From PVC group bacterium (GTDB lineage Bacteria; Verrucomicrobiota; Kiritimatiellia; CAIKKV01; CAITUY01), in the NCBI GenBank assembly GCA_945890715.1, contig CAMDCX010000003.1, forward strand, positions 7,906 through 71,905: 64,000 nucleotides of DNA, given 5' to 3'. Positions 29,512-39,986 of the stretch are shown in pieces (the stretch's first letter is position 1; every line of letters starts with the position of its first letter). A program made the position numbers and the translations under genes. The notes under the pieces were generated by a model. That model saw only the letters and a list, made by a program, of their open reading frames with translations, made no database searches and was not told the DNA's origin.

Positions 29512-29910
29512 TTACCAAATCTGGCAGAGCAACTCGCCTCCAACACGTTTTTGACGCGCCTCACTATCCGTCATGATTCCCGCGGGTGTGCTAATAATCG
29601 AGACACCCATGCCGCCCAGCACCAGCGGGATCTGATCGAACCCAACATAGCGCCGAAGTCCCGGTTTACTGACCCGACGCAATCCTCGGATCGTGGGCTT
29701 CCGGTTGGCATCATATTTTAGCACCACCCTCAAGGTCTTCTCCCGACCGATGCCCTCGACAGAAATATCGCGGACATAGCCTTCCTTTTTCAAAATAACT
29801 GCAATCGCACCTTTCATCATTGAATGGCCGATGTCAGTTGTTTTCAAGCCCGCTTCGGATGCATTCCGTATGCGGTTCAACATGTCACTGATTGGATCCG
29901 ACAAACTCAT
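29512..29910 (-). CDS. rpsH: 30S ribosomal protein S8
   Basis: [26 protein letters not shown]. Confidence 0.97.
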   Translation of the reverse strand: MSLSDPISDMLNRIRNASEAGLKTTDIGHSMMKGAIAVILKKEGYVRDISVEGIGREKTLRVVLKYDANRKPTIRGLRRVSKPGLRRYVGFDQIPLVLGGMGVSIISTPAGIMTDSEARQKRVGGELLCQIW

Positions 29911-29921
29911 AGGCTCTCCTT

Positions 29922-30107
29922 TTACCAGCTCGCCTTTATCACGCCGGGGATCAATCCCACGGACGCTAGTTCCCGGAAGCAAATACGACATACCTGGAAC
30001 TTACGCATATACGCATGGCGTCGCCCGCAGCGCTTACAACGGTTATAGCGACGCGTGCTAAATTTCGGCTTGCGGCTCGCCTTTATTTCTTGTGATTTCT
30101 TAGCCAA
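29922..30107 (-). CDS. rpsN: 30S ribosomal protein S14 (short Zn type)
   Basis: RCKRCGR...CRICFRE, 61 aa. Confidence 0.97.
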   Translation of the reverse strand: MAKKSQEIKASRKPKFSTRRYNRCKRCGRRHAYMRKFQVCRICFRELASVGLIPGVIKASW

Positions 30108-30128
30108 AAGAACGTCCTCCCTGCCGCG

Positions 30129-30671
30129 CTACTTGTGCGCCTTCGCGAATGGAATTCCGGTCAGCGTGAGCAGTTCACGCGCCCGTGCGTCCGTTGACGC
30201 CGATGTGACAATCGTCACGTTCATACCCTGTACCTTCTTGACATCGTCTGGATCAATTTCTGGAAAAATCGTCTGCTCCTGAAGCCCAAAGGTGTAACTT
30301 CCTCGTCCATCAAAACCCCGTACCGGCAAACCCCGAAAATCCCGAATTCGAGGTAGCGCAGCGTGAATCAGGCGCTCCAGAAAATCATACATCCGCTCGC
30401 CGCGAAGAGTAACTTTTGCCCCCACCGGCATCCCCTGCCGAAGTTTGAAATTTGAGATACTCTTGCGCGCCTTGGTAATCACAGCCTTCTGACCTGTGAT
30501 GCGTCCCAAATCATCCGCAATAGTTTTGATCTGATCCTTGTCCATGGATGCATTAAAGCCCATGTTTAGATTGACCTTTAGAATGCGCGGAACGTCCATC
30601 ACGTTCTTGCATCCCAGCGCTTTCATCAGCGCAGGTACAATCTCCGTCTTATATTTTGCCTTAAGTCCCAT
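30129..30671 (-). CDS. rplE: 50S ribosomal protein L5
   Basis: ITGQK, FKLRQG, LPRIRDFRG, IFPEI. Confidence 0.97.
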   Translation of the reverse strand: MGLKAKYKTEIVPALMKALGCKNVMDVPRILKVNLNMGFNASMDKDQIKTIADDLGRITGQKAVITKARKSISNFKLRQGMPVGAKVTLRGERMYDFLERLIHAALPRIRDFRGLPVRGFDGRGSYTFGLQEQTIFPEIDPDDVKKVQGMNVTIVTSASTDARARELLTLTGIPFAKAHK

Positions 30672-30679
30672 AATCCACC

Positions 30680-30991
30680 TTACGTATCAAGCGCCTGGGC
30701 GCATTTTTTACACTTTCGAACGCGCTTATCACCTTCAGTCACGCGTTTCACCCTCACCGCCTTTTTGCAGTGCTGGCAATAGAGCATAAGATTCGACAAC
30801 TCAATAGAGGCTTCCTTCCGGGTAATCCCGCCCTTTGGATTGTCTTGCGACTTCCGAAGGTGTTTTGTCACCAGATTGAGTCCCTCCACAATGGCTCGGT
30901 TCTTGCCCAGAAGCATCTGAAGCACTTTTCCCTGCTTGCCCTTTTCGCGACCGCGAATTTTTACAACGATATCGTTTCGCCGAATATTCAT
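30680..30991 (-). CDS. rplX: 50S ribosomal protein L24
   Basis: GREKGKQGKV, VEGLN; position in the spc operon. Confidence 0.95.
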   Translation of the reverse strand: MNIRRNDIVVKIRGREKGKQGKVLQMLLGKNRAIVEGLNLVTKHLRKSQDNPKGGITRKEASIELSNLMLYCQHCKKAVRVKRVTEGDKRVRKCKKCAQALDT

Positions 30992-31003
30992 GCATTCCTC
31001 TTC

Positions 31004-31369
31004 CTACAACACTTCGGGTGCCAATGAGACGATCTTCATGTAGTTTTTCTCGCGAAGCTCTCGAGCAACCGGGCCAAAAATACGGGTTCCCAAAGGGTTC
31101 AACTTTTCATCCACAAGAACCACCGCGTTGGTATCAAACCGCACCGCCGAACCGTCCGAACGACGGATCGGTTGCTTGGTGCGGACAATAATCGCGCGAC
31201 AGACCTGTCCCTTCTTCACCATCCCCGTGGGTTGGGCTTCCTTTACCGCAACCCGAATCAAATCTCCAATGTGGGCATACATCTTCCGCTGCCCGATCAG
31301 GCGAAAACAACGAACGCTCCGCGCGCCGGTATTATCTGCCACATCAAGGTTTGTTTCTTCTTGAATCAT
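31004..31369 (-). CDS. rplN: 50S ribosomal protein L14
   Basis: [19 protein letters not shown]. Confidence 0.97.
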   Translation of the reverse strand: MIQEETNLDVADNTGARSVRCFRLIGQRKMYAHIGDLIRVAVKEAQPTGMVKKGQVCRAIIVRTKQPIRRSDGSAVRFDTNAVVLVDEKLNPLGTRIFGPVARELREKNYMKIVSLAPEVL

Positions 31370-31383
31370 GGTCGTTTATCCAG

Positions 31384-31659
31384 TTACTGGCGTTTCCCTA
31401 TTTCCAAGACTTCGACCAGTCGCCACCGCTTAAGCTTGCTCAGCGGACGCGTTTCGACAATCGTGACATGATCGCCTACTTTGGCCTTGCCTTCCTCGTC
31501 ATGAGCATAGAACTTCTTGGACTGACGCATTTCCTTGCCATACAAGGGATGCCTCGTCTTGCGCTCCACGCTTACCACTATGGTCTTCTGCATTGAAGCG
31601 CTGACTACCACACCTGCCCGCTCCTTGCGAAGGCCCCTATCGGTTTCCGTTTCTGCCAT
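31384..31659 (-). CDS. rpsQ: 30S ribosomal protein S17
   Basis: [26 protein letters not shown]. Confidence 0.97.
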   Translation of the reverse strand: MAETETDRGLRKERAGVVVSASMQKTIVVSVERKTRHPLYGKEMRQSKKFYAHDEEGKAKVGDHVTIVETRPLSKLKRWRLVEVLEIGKRQ

Positions 31660-31664
31660 AATCC

Positions 31665-31862
31665 TCAACCTTGCTGGCGACGCCGCTCGATCATCACCGT
31701 CTTCGCACGGGCAATATCCCGGCGAAGGCTGCGAATCCGTGACGGCTGTTCAATCTGGCTCGCCGATTTTCGAATTTTCAACGTACGCAACTCTTTCTCC
31801 ATGTCGGAGTTTTGTTGCGCAAGTTCCTCTTTATTAAACTCTCTCAGTTTCGCGGCCTTCAT
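31665..31862 (-). CDS. rpmC: 50S ribosomal protein L29
   Basis: [16 protein letters not shown]; position in the operon. Confidence 0.95.
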   Translation of the reverse strand: MKAAKLREFNKEELAQQNSDMEKELRTLKIRKSASQIEQPSRIRSLRRDIARAKTVMIERRRQQG

Positions 31863-31893
31863 GGCGTCCGCACCCCTGTCCTGTTTGGCCCGG

Positions 31894-32307
31894 TTACCCG
31901 TGCCGTTTCACAAACATCGTCCGGATCGGCAACTTTGCCGCCGCCAGACGCAACGATTCCCTTGCCAACTGTTCGGTCACGCCGTCAACTTCAAACAACA
32001 TGGCCCCTGGAAGAATAACCGAAACCCAGCAGTCCAGAGGGCCCTTACCCTTACCCGACCGCGTTTCAAGAGGTTTCTTACTGACCGGCTTATCCGGAAA
32101 AATCCGCAACCAGACCTTGCCCCGGCGCTTCATATTTCGGTTCATCGCCACGCGACAAGCCTCAATCTGAGTCGCCTTGACCCACGCCCGATCCAACGCT
32201 TTCAGCCCGTACTCTCCGAAAGCCAGGGTGTTCCCTGAATGCGCAGTTCCCTTCCGGGAACCCCGCTGCACCATACGGTGCTTCACACGTTTAGGCATAA
32301 GCGGCAT
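31894..32307 (-). CDS. rplP: 50S ribosomal protein L16
   Basis: [27 protein letters not shown]. Confidence 0.97.
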   Translation of the reverse strand: MPLMPKRVKHRMVQRGSRKGTAHSGNTLAFGEYGLKALDRAWVKATQIEACRVAMNRNMKRRGKVWLRIFPDKPVSKKPLETRSGKGKGPLDCWVSVILPGAMLFEVDGVTEQLARESLRLAAAKLPIRTMFVKRHG

Positions 32308-32959
32308 TAGATCGTCCCCTTACTGCCTTCTCAGGCTCTTCCTTTTCTTTACAAATCCAGACTTTGACACCAATTTTACCGGCCGTGGTATTTGCCTCGG
32401 CAAATCCGTAGTCAATGTTCGCGCGAAGCGTATGCAGAGGAATCGTCCCCTCCTTGTACCACTCCACACGGGCCAGTTCGGATCCCCCAAGCCGCCCGGC
32501 GCACTTGATGCGGATTCCCTTGACACCCAATTCCATGGCCATTTTGATCGCCCGCTTCATCGCCCGGCGAAATGACACCCGTCGCTCCATCTGCAACGCC
32601 ACGCTCTCGGCGACCAATTGCGCATTCGTGTCCGGACTCCGGATCTCACGAATCTCCAAATAGATCTCCTTGCTTGTTATCTTCGCGATTTCATCGCGTA
32701 TTCGATCCAGATCCTGGCCCTTTCGGCCGATCACGATGCCAGGACGCGCGGTACATATGGTGGCGCGAACACGGTTCGCATACCGCTCAATAATGATCTC
32801 CGCCACAGCAGCCGCATCCAAACGCTTTTTCACGAGGTCACGGATCTTCAGGTCTTCCATCAGCAGGGTACCGCAGGTTTTCTTATCAGCAAACCAGCGG
32901 GACTTCCACGCCTTAGTGACGGCAATCCTGAGTCCAATCGGATTGATTTTCTGTCCCAA
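32291..32959 (-). CDS. rpsC: 30S ribosomal protein S3
   Basis: [32 protein letters not shown]. Confidence 0.97.
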   Translation of the reverse strand: MGQKINPIGLRIAVTKAWKSRWFADKKTCGTLLMEDLKIRDLVKKRLDAAAVAEIIIERYANRVRATICTARPGIVIGRKGQDLDRIRDEIAKITSKEIYLEIREIRSPDTNAQLVAESVALQMERRVSFRRAMKRAIKMAMELGVKGIRIKCAGRLGGSELARVEWYKEGTIPLHTLRANIDYGFAEANTTAGKIGVKVWICKEKEEPEKAVRGRSNAAYA

Positions 32960-32995
32960 AACGAATCTCCTTTCACATCTCCCGGCATCCGCCGG

Positions 32996-33331
32996 TCACT
33001 TCCCGTCTGACAACACAATCGTAATGTGGCTGGTCCGTTTCCGGATCCGACTCACCATACCACGCGAACGCGCCCAAAAACGCTTCATCGCCGGTCCTTC
33101 GCCGATCGTGGCCTCTTTCACTCGCAGATCATCCGCAGAAAGCTTTGCGTTATTTTCCGCATTAGCCACCGCCGAACGAATCGTCTTCTCCAACTGCCGC
33201 GCGGCCTTGCGCTCACTAAATTCAACCGTCTTGATTGCATCGGCCACCGGCAGACCTTGAATAGCCCTCGCCATATCCCGCGCCTTACGCGGAGACAGAC
33301 GCACATACTTGGTCACTGCTTTGACTTCCAT
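32996..33331 (-). CDS. rplV: 50S ribosomal protein L22
   Basis: SPRKAR, SAVANAENN, GPAMKR, RTSHIT. Confidence 0.97.
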   Translation of the reverse strand: MEVKAVTKYVRLSPRKARDMARAIQGLPVADAIKTVEFSERKAARQLEKTIRSAVANAENNAKLSADDLRVKEATIGEGPAMKRFWARSRGMVSRIRKRTSHITIVLSDGK

Positions 33332-33341
33332 TGCCTTACTC

Positions 33342-33836
33342 CTAGTTCCCGAAACCGGTAACAACAACTGCCCGGTCCTGAACCCTGGGAAATGCCCGAT
33401 TCGTCTTCTGGATAACAGCTCCGGCAACCGCCGCCCGAACATCCACAACCCGCATCGTGGCCACAGCCCGATCCTCTTGCATCACCGCGAACTGCAGACC
33501 CGGCTTTACACCGTCCTGTCGCCCGCCGTCAAGGATCACCATGCCCAGCTCTTTGTTTACGTCTAAAATTCTAAACTCTTTTTTCCTCATTTCGGCTGGG
33601 GCAACGGGCCTTCCGCCCCTCCCCCCCGCCGTTTCATAGTCCCGGCTATCCTCCCGGGCTCTCAAAACATCCACTTCCGCCTTCGTCATGGCCAGCGCCT
33701 CGGTCAAGTATTTAACCTGACGCCGGAGACATTCGTCTTGGCCTCCGTCAACTCCCGCCTTTAAACTGTACCCCACCAGCAGGCACACAATAGCGAGAGT
33801 CAATCCAAACCGCCGCGCCTTATTTCCCGCACGCAT
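33342..33836 (-). CDS. secreted/membrane-anchored hypothetical protein inserted in the S10 operon
   Basis: 164-aa ORF exactly fills the rpsS-rplV gap (4 nt and 10 nt spacers); signal peptide, short coiled coil and beta-rich C-terminal domain. Confidence 0.8.
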   Translation of the reverse strand: MRAGNKARRFGLTLAIVCLLVGYSLKAGVDGGQDECLRRQVKYLTEALAMTKAEVDVLRAREDSRDYETAGGRGGRPVAPAEMRKKEFRILDVNKELGMVILDGGRQDGVKPGLQFAVMQEDRAVATMRVVDVRAAVAGAVIQKTNRAFPRVQDRAVVVTGFGN

Positions 33837-33840
33837 ACGA

Positions 33841-34125
33841 CTACTTCAACGCCACCGTCTTATCGGTATGCGTGCCGTGCTTTCGGAAAATGCGTGTTGG
33901 TGCAAATTCACCCAAACGATGACTCACCATATGCTCCGTGATGTACACGGGAACATGCTGCTTGCCATTGTGTACGGCTAGCGTATGCCCGACAAACTCA
34001 GGAACAATCATGGAACGACGGGACCACGTCTTGACCACGCGCTTTTCGCCAACGCGATTCATTTTCTCGACGCGCTCCAGAAGCTTCTCATCAACAAACG
34101 GCCCCTTTTTTAATGAACGGCCCAT
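33841..34125 (-). CDS. rpsS: 30S ribosomal protein S19
   Basis: [21 protein letters not shown]. Confidence 0.97.
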   Translation of the reverse strand: MGRSLKKGPFVDEKLLERVEKMNRVGEKRVVKTWSRRSMIVPEFVGHTLAVHNGKQHVPVYITEHMVSHRLGEFAPTRIFRKHGTHTDKTVALK

Positions 34126-34128
34126 GGC

Positions 34129-34953
34129 TTACTTTCTCCGCCTGACAATAAATTTGCTCGACGTCTTCCGTCCCGCACGGGTCTTCTTGCCCTTCGTGAG
34201 CTGACCCCACGGCGTCACCGGGTGACCACCGCCGGACGTACGACCTTCACCGCCACCCATCGGATGGTCAACCGGGTTCATCGCCACACCACGTACAGTG
34301 GGCCGAATCCCCTTCCAACGCTTACGCCCGGCCTTGCCCAGGCAAATTCCATCATGATCCAAATTACCAACCTGGCCAATCGTCGCCTGACACTCCACAT
34401 TGATTTGCCGAATTTCACCTGACGGCAACTTCACCTGAGCGTACCCCCCCTCACGCGACATCAACTGTGCGGTCTGACCAGCACTGCGAACCAATTGCGC
34501 TCCGCATCCCGCCGTCAACTCGATATTGTGAATCGGCAAACCAAGCGGAATTTTCGCAAGGGGCAAGGCATTTCCATTAATCGGTTCGGCATCCGGACCT
34601 GACATCACCGTTGTGCCAACCTCCAACCCAACCGGGGCCAGAATATAACGTTTTTCCCCGTCCTTGTAGGCGAGAAGGGCAATGCGAGCCGTTCGGTTCG
34701 GATCATATTCAATCGCTTGAACCTTAGCGGGAATACCAACTTTATTCCGCTTGAAATCAATAATTCGGTAGTGATGCCGGTGCCCACCGCCACGATGACG
34801 AACGGTGATTCGTCCCGCAGAATTGCGTCCCGCTTTCGACTTCTGTGATTTCGTGAGCGACCGCTCTGGCTTGCTCCGGGTTATTTCATCAAACGTCGAG
34901 AGCTGCGTGTGTCGCATACTCGGCGTCGTCGGTTTGTAGGTTTTCAGCGCCAT
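34129..34953 (-). CDS. rplB: 50S ribosomal protein L2
   Basis: [23 protein letters not shown]. Confidence 0.98.
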   Translation of the reverse strand: MALKTYKPTTPSMRHTQLSTFDEITRSKPERSLTKSQKSKAGRNSAGRITVRHRGGGHRHHYRIIDFKRNKVGIPAKVQAIEYDPNRTARIALLAYKDGEKRYILAPVGLEVGTTVMSGPDAEPINGNALPLAKIPLGLPIHNIELTAGCGAQLVRSAGQTAQLMSREGGYAQVKLPSGEIRQINVECQATIGQVGNLDHDGICLGKAGRKRWKGIRPTVRGVAMNPVDHPMGGGEGRTSGGGHPVTPWGQLTKGKKTRAGRKTSSKFIVRRRK

Positions 34954-34963
34954 GTCGTGCTTC

Positions 34964-35245
34964 CTATTCCAAATCTATCTTATCGCCTTCTCTCAAAGTC
35001 ACCACCGCGCGCTTCCAGGCCGGCTTCTTACCGGAATGAACCGTGCGTTCACGACAAGCCTTACCATCGTAATTCATGGTATTGACCTTCATGACCTTGA
35101 CCTTGAAAAAATCCTCAATCGCCTTTTTAATCTCAAGCTTGTTAGCCGAGGGATCAACCTTAAATAAATATTTGTTTTGCCCAGCAAGTAACGACCCCTT
35201 CTCCGTGATATGCAGACCACGAACTGCGGAAAGTGAATTTTTCAT
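34964..35245 (-). CDS. rplW: 50S ribosomal protein L23
   Basis: [19 protein letters not shown]. Confidence 0.95.
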   Translation of the reverse strand: MKNSLSAVRGLHITEKGSLLAGQNKYLFKVDPSANKLEIKKAIEDFFKVKVMKVNTMNYDGKACRERTVHSGKKPAWKRAVVTLREGDKIDLE

Positions 35246-35883
35246 GATTTCCTCCCCGGCTCGCCCTCAAGCCGCGCCTTCAACTGATCCATCGCGGCAC
35301 GCGTTACCACGGTCACGGGAAAACGAACCAGTTGAAACGTGCTAACATCCCGGGCCGTTGTCGCCTCCACCTGAGGCAGATTTCGGAACGCGCAAAGCAG
35401 ATTTTTATCCAGCTTGTCAACCACGATCAGAACGCCCTGCTTAAGCCCTAACGATTTCAACAACGCGACTGCGGTCTTCGTCTTAGGCTCCGTCACCGTC
35501 AGCTTTTCCAGAACCCGTATACGATCTTCCCGGATCAGATCGCTTAAGGCGCTACGAAATGCCAGACGTGCGACTTTCACCGGAATGCGCTTCGCGTAAC
35601 TCCGCGGATGGGGACCATGAGCCACACCACCGCCCCGCCACACAGGAGATTGCCGGAAACCAGCCCGGGCACGCCCGGTTCCTTTTTGTTTCCACGGCTT
35701 CTTGTTGCTACCCGCCACGGCACCCTTTCCAAGAGTGGAGGCCGACCCCGCGCGTAATCCTGCCTGATAGGCCACGATAACATCACGAACAGCCTGCTGA
35801 CCCTTGCTCGTCATCAGCTCGTCCGGGAAGTCAACCTTCGCCAACGAGGATCCTTTCATGTCATAGACAGAAAGCTTGCTCAT
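35242..35883 (-). CDS. rplD: 50S ribosomal protein L4
   Basis: KPWKQKGTGRARAG, WRGGG. Confidence 0.97.
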   Translation of the reverse strand: MSKLSVYDMKGSSLAKVDFPDELMTSKGQQAVRDVIVAYQAGLRAGSASTLGKGAVAGSNKKPWKQKGTGRARAGFRQSPVWRGGGVAHGPHPRSYAKRIPVKVARLAFRSALSDLIREDRIRVLEKLTVTEPKTKTAVALLKSLGLKQGVLIVVDKLDKNLLCAFRNLPQVEATTARDVSTFQLVRFPVTVVTRAAMDQLKARLEGEPGRKS

Positions 35884-36527
35884 TTACCCTGCCCCGCCTT
35901 CGTCTTCTTCAATGCTTTTCGTATTTCAACCAGAGCTCCAGCCGGCCCGGGAACTGCCCCTTTAACCAGGATCAGATTCTCGCTCGCCCGCAACTGAACC
36001 ACTTTCAAATTTTGCGTTGTAACCCGCACATTACCCATGTGTCCCGGCATGCGCTTACCCTTGTGAACGCGTCCAGGAAAGGAACGACATCCAATCGAGC
36101 CTACGCGCCGCTTGGAATGGCCACCATGCGTCATCGGACCGCCCGCCATCTTGAAGCGACGGACAACACCTTGAAACCCGCGGCCCTTGGTAATCCCAAT
36201 AATGTCGACGTAATCCGCTCCATCCAGAACAGAAGCCGTCACGGTATCTCCCGCCTTGACTTCATCACCGGAATCAACCTCAAATTCACGCAGAAAGCGC
36301 TTCGGCGTCGTGTTGACCGCCTTAAACTGTCCCGCATGCGCCTTGTTCGCTCGCGAGGCCTTAACCTCTACGAACCCGAGTTTCAGCGCCTCATAGCCAT
36401 CCTGGCTCTTCGTCTTGCGCTGGACCACAACACATGGCCCGATTTCAATGACCGTGACGGGAGTCTGTTGACCTTCGTCGCCGAAAACCCGCGTCATTCC
36501 GATTTTTTTTCCGAGTATCCCTTGCAT
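35880..36527 (-). CDS. rplC: 50S ribosomal protein L3
   Basis: GKKIGMT, KGRGFQG, MPGHMG, KGAVPG. Confidence 0.97.
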   Translation of the reverse strand: MQGILGKKIGMTRVFGDEGQQTPVTVIEIGPCVVVQRKTKSQDGYEALKLGFVEVKASRANKAHAGQFKAVNTTPKRFLREFEVDSGDEVKAGDTVTASVLDGADYVDIIGITKGRGFQGVVRRFKMAGGPMTHGGHSKRRVGSIGCRSFPGRVHKGKRMPGHMGNVRVTTQNLKVVQLRASENLILVKGAVPGPAGALVEIRKALKKTKAGQGK

Positions 36528-36537
36528 GGCTACCTGC

Positions 36538-36849
36538 TTAAATCTTGATCGTTATATCCACACCGGCGGGCATATTGAGTTTCTTCAACTCATCCACCGT
36601 CCTTGCCGTCGGCTCCACAATGTCCAAAACCCGCTTATGGGTCCGGACCTCAAATTGCTCCATCGATTTCTTATCGGCATGCACACTGCGATTAACACTG
36701 TAACTCTCAATGCGCGTTGGCATCGGAATGGGCCCCACCACCCGGGCTCCTGTTCTCTTTGCCGTTTCCACAATATCGGACACAGACTGATCCAGCACCC
36801 GATAATCGTAGGCTTTCAAACGTATACGTATGCGTTGCTTTTCCATCAT
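36538..36849 (-). CDS. rpsJ: 30S ribosomal protein S10
   Basis: [27 protein letters not shown]. Confidence 0.97.
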   Translation of the reverse strand: MMEKQRIRIRLKAYDYRVLDQSVSDIVETAKRTGARVVGPIPMPTRIESYSVNRSVHADKKSMEQFEVRTHKRVLDIVEPTARTVDELKKLNMPAGVDITIKI

Positions 36850-36853
36850 TCAC

Positions 36854-38988
36854 TCACCGTTCCAGAAGTTGCTGTTGTATCGCCTCCGGCACTACATCAA
36901 AACACGCCGGCTCCATCGTGTAACTCGCCCGCCCCCGCGTCAGAGACCGGACGGCCGTCGAATATCCAAAAAGTTCCGCCAGCGGAACTCGCGCATGGAT
37001 CACCTGCACGGTTTCCTTACCAACCATGTCCTGAACATGTCCGCGTCGGGCGCTCACATCGTTCAACACATCCCCCAAATGATCTGCCGGAAGAATAATC
37101 TCAAGCGACATGATGGGCTCCAGAATCGCCGGCCTTGACGCCTTCGCCGCCACTCTCAGGGCCATCACTCCTGCCGTCCGGAAGGACACCTCCGTGGATT
37201 CCTGATCATGAAACTCGCCGCCCACCACCCTGACCCTAACGTCTACCATTGGATAGTTCGCCAGAATTCCAGTCGTAAGTCCATCCCGAACCCCCTCCTC
37301 CACAGCGCCGCGGAATTCAGCCGGGATTCGAGTGTTCGACACATCAAATTCGACTGAAACTCCTGAGCCGCGTTCAGAGGGCTCGACATTCAGAACGACC
37401 ACGGCAAATTGAGGTTGCCCGGCAATGTCACGCTCAAAGCGATATTCACCCCGACCTGAAGCCAGAACGGTCTCCCGGTACGCCACCATCGGCCTCCCCG
37501 CATTCGCCTGCACCTTGTACTCACGAAACATCCGGTCTTTCAAAATCTCAAGATGCAACTCGCCCATGCCACTCAAAAGAGTCTGGCCGGTATCAGGATC
37601 CACCGACACGATACAGGTCGGATCCTCCGCTGCAAGTGCACTCATGGCCTCGCCCAACTTCTCGCGATCAGCCTGCGATTTTGGCTCGATCGCCATGGAA
37701 ATAACCGGCTCCGGAAAACGGATACGCTCCAGCTCGACGGGCATATTCTCGACACACAGAGTATCGCCTGTCGTGATCTGCTTCAATCCAACCACCGCAC
37801 CGATTTCCCCGGCATGCAAAACGTCCACCTCCTGGCGATCATCCGCATGCAGGAGCACCAATTTCATCACACGTTCACGTTTCCGGGTACGGGCATTAAA
37901 CACATTTTGCCCCTTCCGGATCTGTCCGGAATAGACACGAACAAAGGCGAGTCGCCCCATATAGGCATCGCTCATCAACTTAAAAACCAACGCACTCTGA
38001 GGAGCGAAATCATCCGCTTCACGAGACACAACTTCACGGGTCTTGGGATGTTCGCCTCGAACCGGAGGAACATCTATCGGAGCCGGAAGAAAATCCACGA
38101 CGGCGTCCAACAACTGCTGAACCCCCTTATTACGAAGTGACGATCCACACAAAACCGGCGTCAGGGTCTGTGCGAGCGTCGCACGTCGCAACCCATCCCG
38201 TAGAACCTGCGCAGGAACATCGGCACAGTCCAGATAGGATTCAAGAACTTTTTCATCCCGTTCAGTTAAAATCTCGATGAGCTGAGCACGAGCCTTCTCA
38301 GCCTCCACGGCCAGCTCAGCAGGAATCGAAACCGCCTGAACCTTGCTCCCGAAGGAAGTGTCGTCATAAACAATGGCTTCCATGGCCAGCAGATCAATGA
38401 CCCCGCGGAATCGATCTTCAGAACCCCACGGGATCTGAATGGGCACCGGAACTGCTCCCAAACGGGTTCGTATCTGAGCAACCACCGAATTGAAGTCAGC
38501 GCCAATACGATCCATTTTATTCACAAATGCAATGCGGGGAACATGATAGCGATCCGCCTGATGCCAGACTGTTTCAGACTGCGGCTGCACGCCGCCCACA
38601 CCACAAAACACCACAACCGCACCATCCAGAACACGCAACGACCGCTCGACTTCAACTGTAAAATCAACATGCCCGGGAGTGTCGATGAGATTGATCTGGT
38701 GATCCCGCCAGAAACAAGTCGTCGCGGCGCTCGTAATGGTGATGCCGCGTTCCTTTTCCTGCGGCATCCAGTCCATTGTGGCGGTTCCCTCATGGACTTC
38801 ACCCATACGATGCACTCGACCGGCATAAAACAGAATACGCTCGCTCGTCGTGGTCTTACCCGCATCGATGTGGGCAATGATCCCGATATTGCGAACGGCG
38901 GACAGAGGACGTACACGATCCGCCGCTTCACGCTGGCGCGCGTCCCCTGTGGCTCCACCTTGTTTATTCTGTTCCAAAACTGTTTCCA
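36854..38988 (-). CDS. fusA: elongation factor G family GTPase (str-operon copy, divergent domain IV; start uncertain, ORF open to 39046)
   Basis: [31 protein letters not shown]; downstream of rpsG. Confidence 0.93.
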
Positions 38989-39055
38989 TTTGATTCACTA
39001 AACAAACAACACCCGCCGCCCGATCGTCGGACGACGGGATATTCATAAGCTCAAC

Positions 39056-39529
39056 TTACCATCGATAATGGGCAAACGCCTTGTTTGCCTGGGCCATCTT
39101 ATGCGTGTCGTCGCGCTTTTTAATGGCATTGCCCTGCTCGGCATAGGCATCCAGAATTTCCTGAGCCAGCGCACGCCGCATCGGCACACCCTTCCGGGTC
39201 TTCGCGTACTGGATCAACCAGCGCATTGCCAAGGCACCCTGTCGATCCGGAGTCACTTCAACCGGCACTTGATAGGTCGCACCACCGACACGGCGCGATT
39301 TCACTTCGACTTTCGGCTTCACGTTGTCAATCGCGCGAAGAATCACTTCCAGCGGATCGCCATCAGGATGCTTCTCTTGAATCACCTTCAGGGCATCGTA
39401 AACAATGTTTACCGATACCGATTTTTTCCCAACCTTCATCAGGTGGTTCACCAGACGACCGACCAACTCGCTGTTGTACTTCGGATCCGATTGAACCGCT
39501 CGCCGCACTGCTCTACGTCTTCGTCCCAT
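39056..39529 (-). CDS. rpsG: 30S ribosomal protein S7
   Basis: SRRVGGATYQVP, MAQANKAFAHYRW. Confidence 0.98.
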   Translation of the reverse strand: MGRRRRAVRRAVQSDPKYNSELVGRLVNHLMKVGKKSVSVNIVYDALKVIQEKHPDGDPLEVILRAIDNVKPKVEVKSRRVGGATYQVPVEVTPDRQGALAMRWLIQYAKTRKGVPMRRALAQEILDAYAEQGNAIKKRDDTHKMAQANKAFAHYRW

Positions 39530-39543
39530 GATCTTGCGCCGTC

Positions 39544-39921
39544 CTACGCCTGCTTCGGTGTTTTGACGCCATACTTGGAACGGCCCCGGTGCCGTCCCTC
39601 TACGCCCAGTGTATCCAAAGTACCACGAACAATGTGATACCGCACACCAGGCAAGTCCTTTACGCGACCGCCCCGCACAAGCACAACACTGTGCTCTTGA
39701 AGATTGTGCCCTTCGCCCGGAATATAAGCGGTCACTTCCTCGCCATTGGTCAGACGAACACGCGCCACTTTACGCAGCGCCGAGTTCGGCTTTTTGGGTG
39801 TCTGTGTTTTCACGGACAGACACACGCCGCGACGCTGAGGACAATTCTTCAGCGCGGGCGATTTGCTTTTATTACGGATTTTCTTTCGTCCGTTTTTAAC
39901 CAGTTGATTAATCGTCGGCAT
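39544..39921 (-). CDS. rpsL: 30S ribosomal protein S12
   Basis: [27 protein letters not shown]. Confidence 0.98.
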   Translation of the reverse strand: MPTINQLVKNGRKKIRNKSKSPALKNCPQRRGVCLSVKTQTPKKPNSALRKVARVRLTNGEEVTAYIPGEGHNLQEHSVVLVRGGRVKDLPGVRYHIVRGTLDTLGVEGRHRGRSKYGVKTPKQA

Positions 39922-39953
39922 AGTTACATTCCCTTCCAAACGCAAAGCGCGCA

Positions 39954-39983
39954 AAAGTGCCAGAAGTGATAGGTCCTTGTCAA
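39954..39983 (-). promoter_or_regulatory. probable str-operon promoter
   Basis: TTGACA-N18-CACTTT with a TGG extension, in the rpoC-rpsL gap. Confidence 0.5.
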
Positions 39984-39986
39984 GCT

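Noticed and set aside
32996-33448. N-terminally extended L22 (150 aa), and similar extensions of S8, L15, SecY, Adk and Gnd in the ORF track
   Set aside because: These are longest-ORF artefacts; downstream ATGs match the family N-termini.
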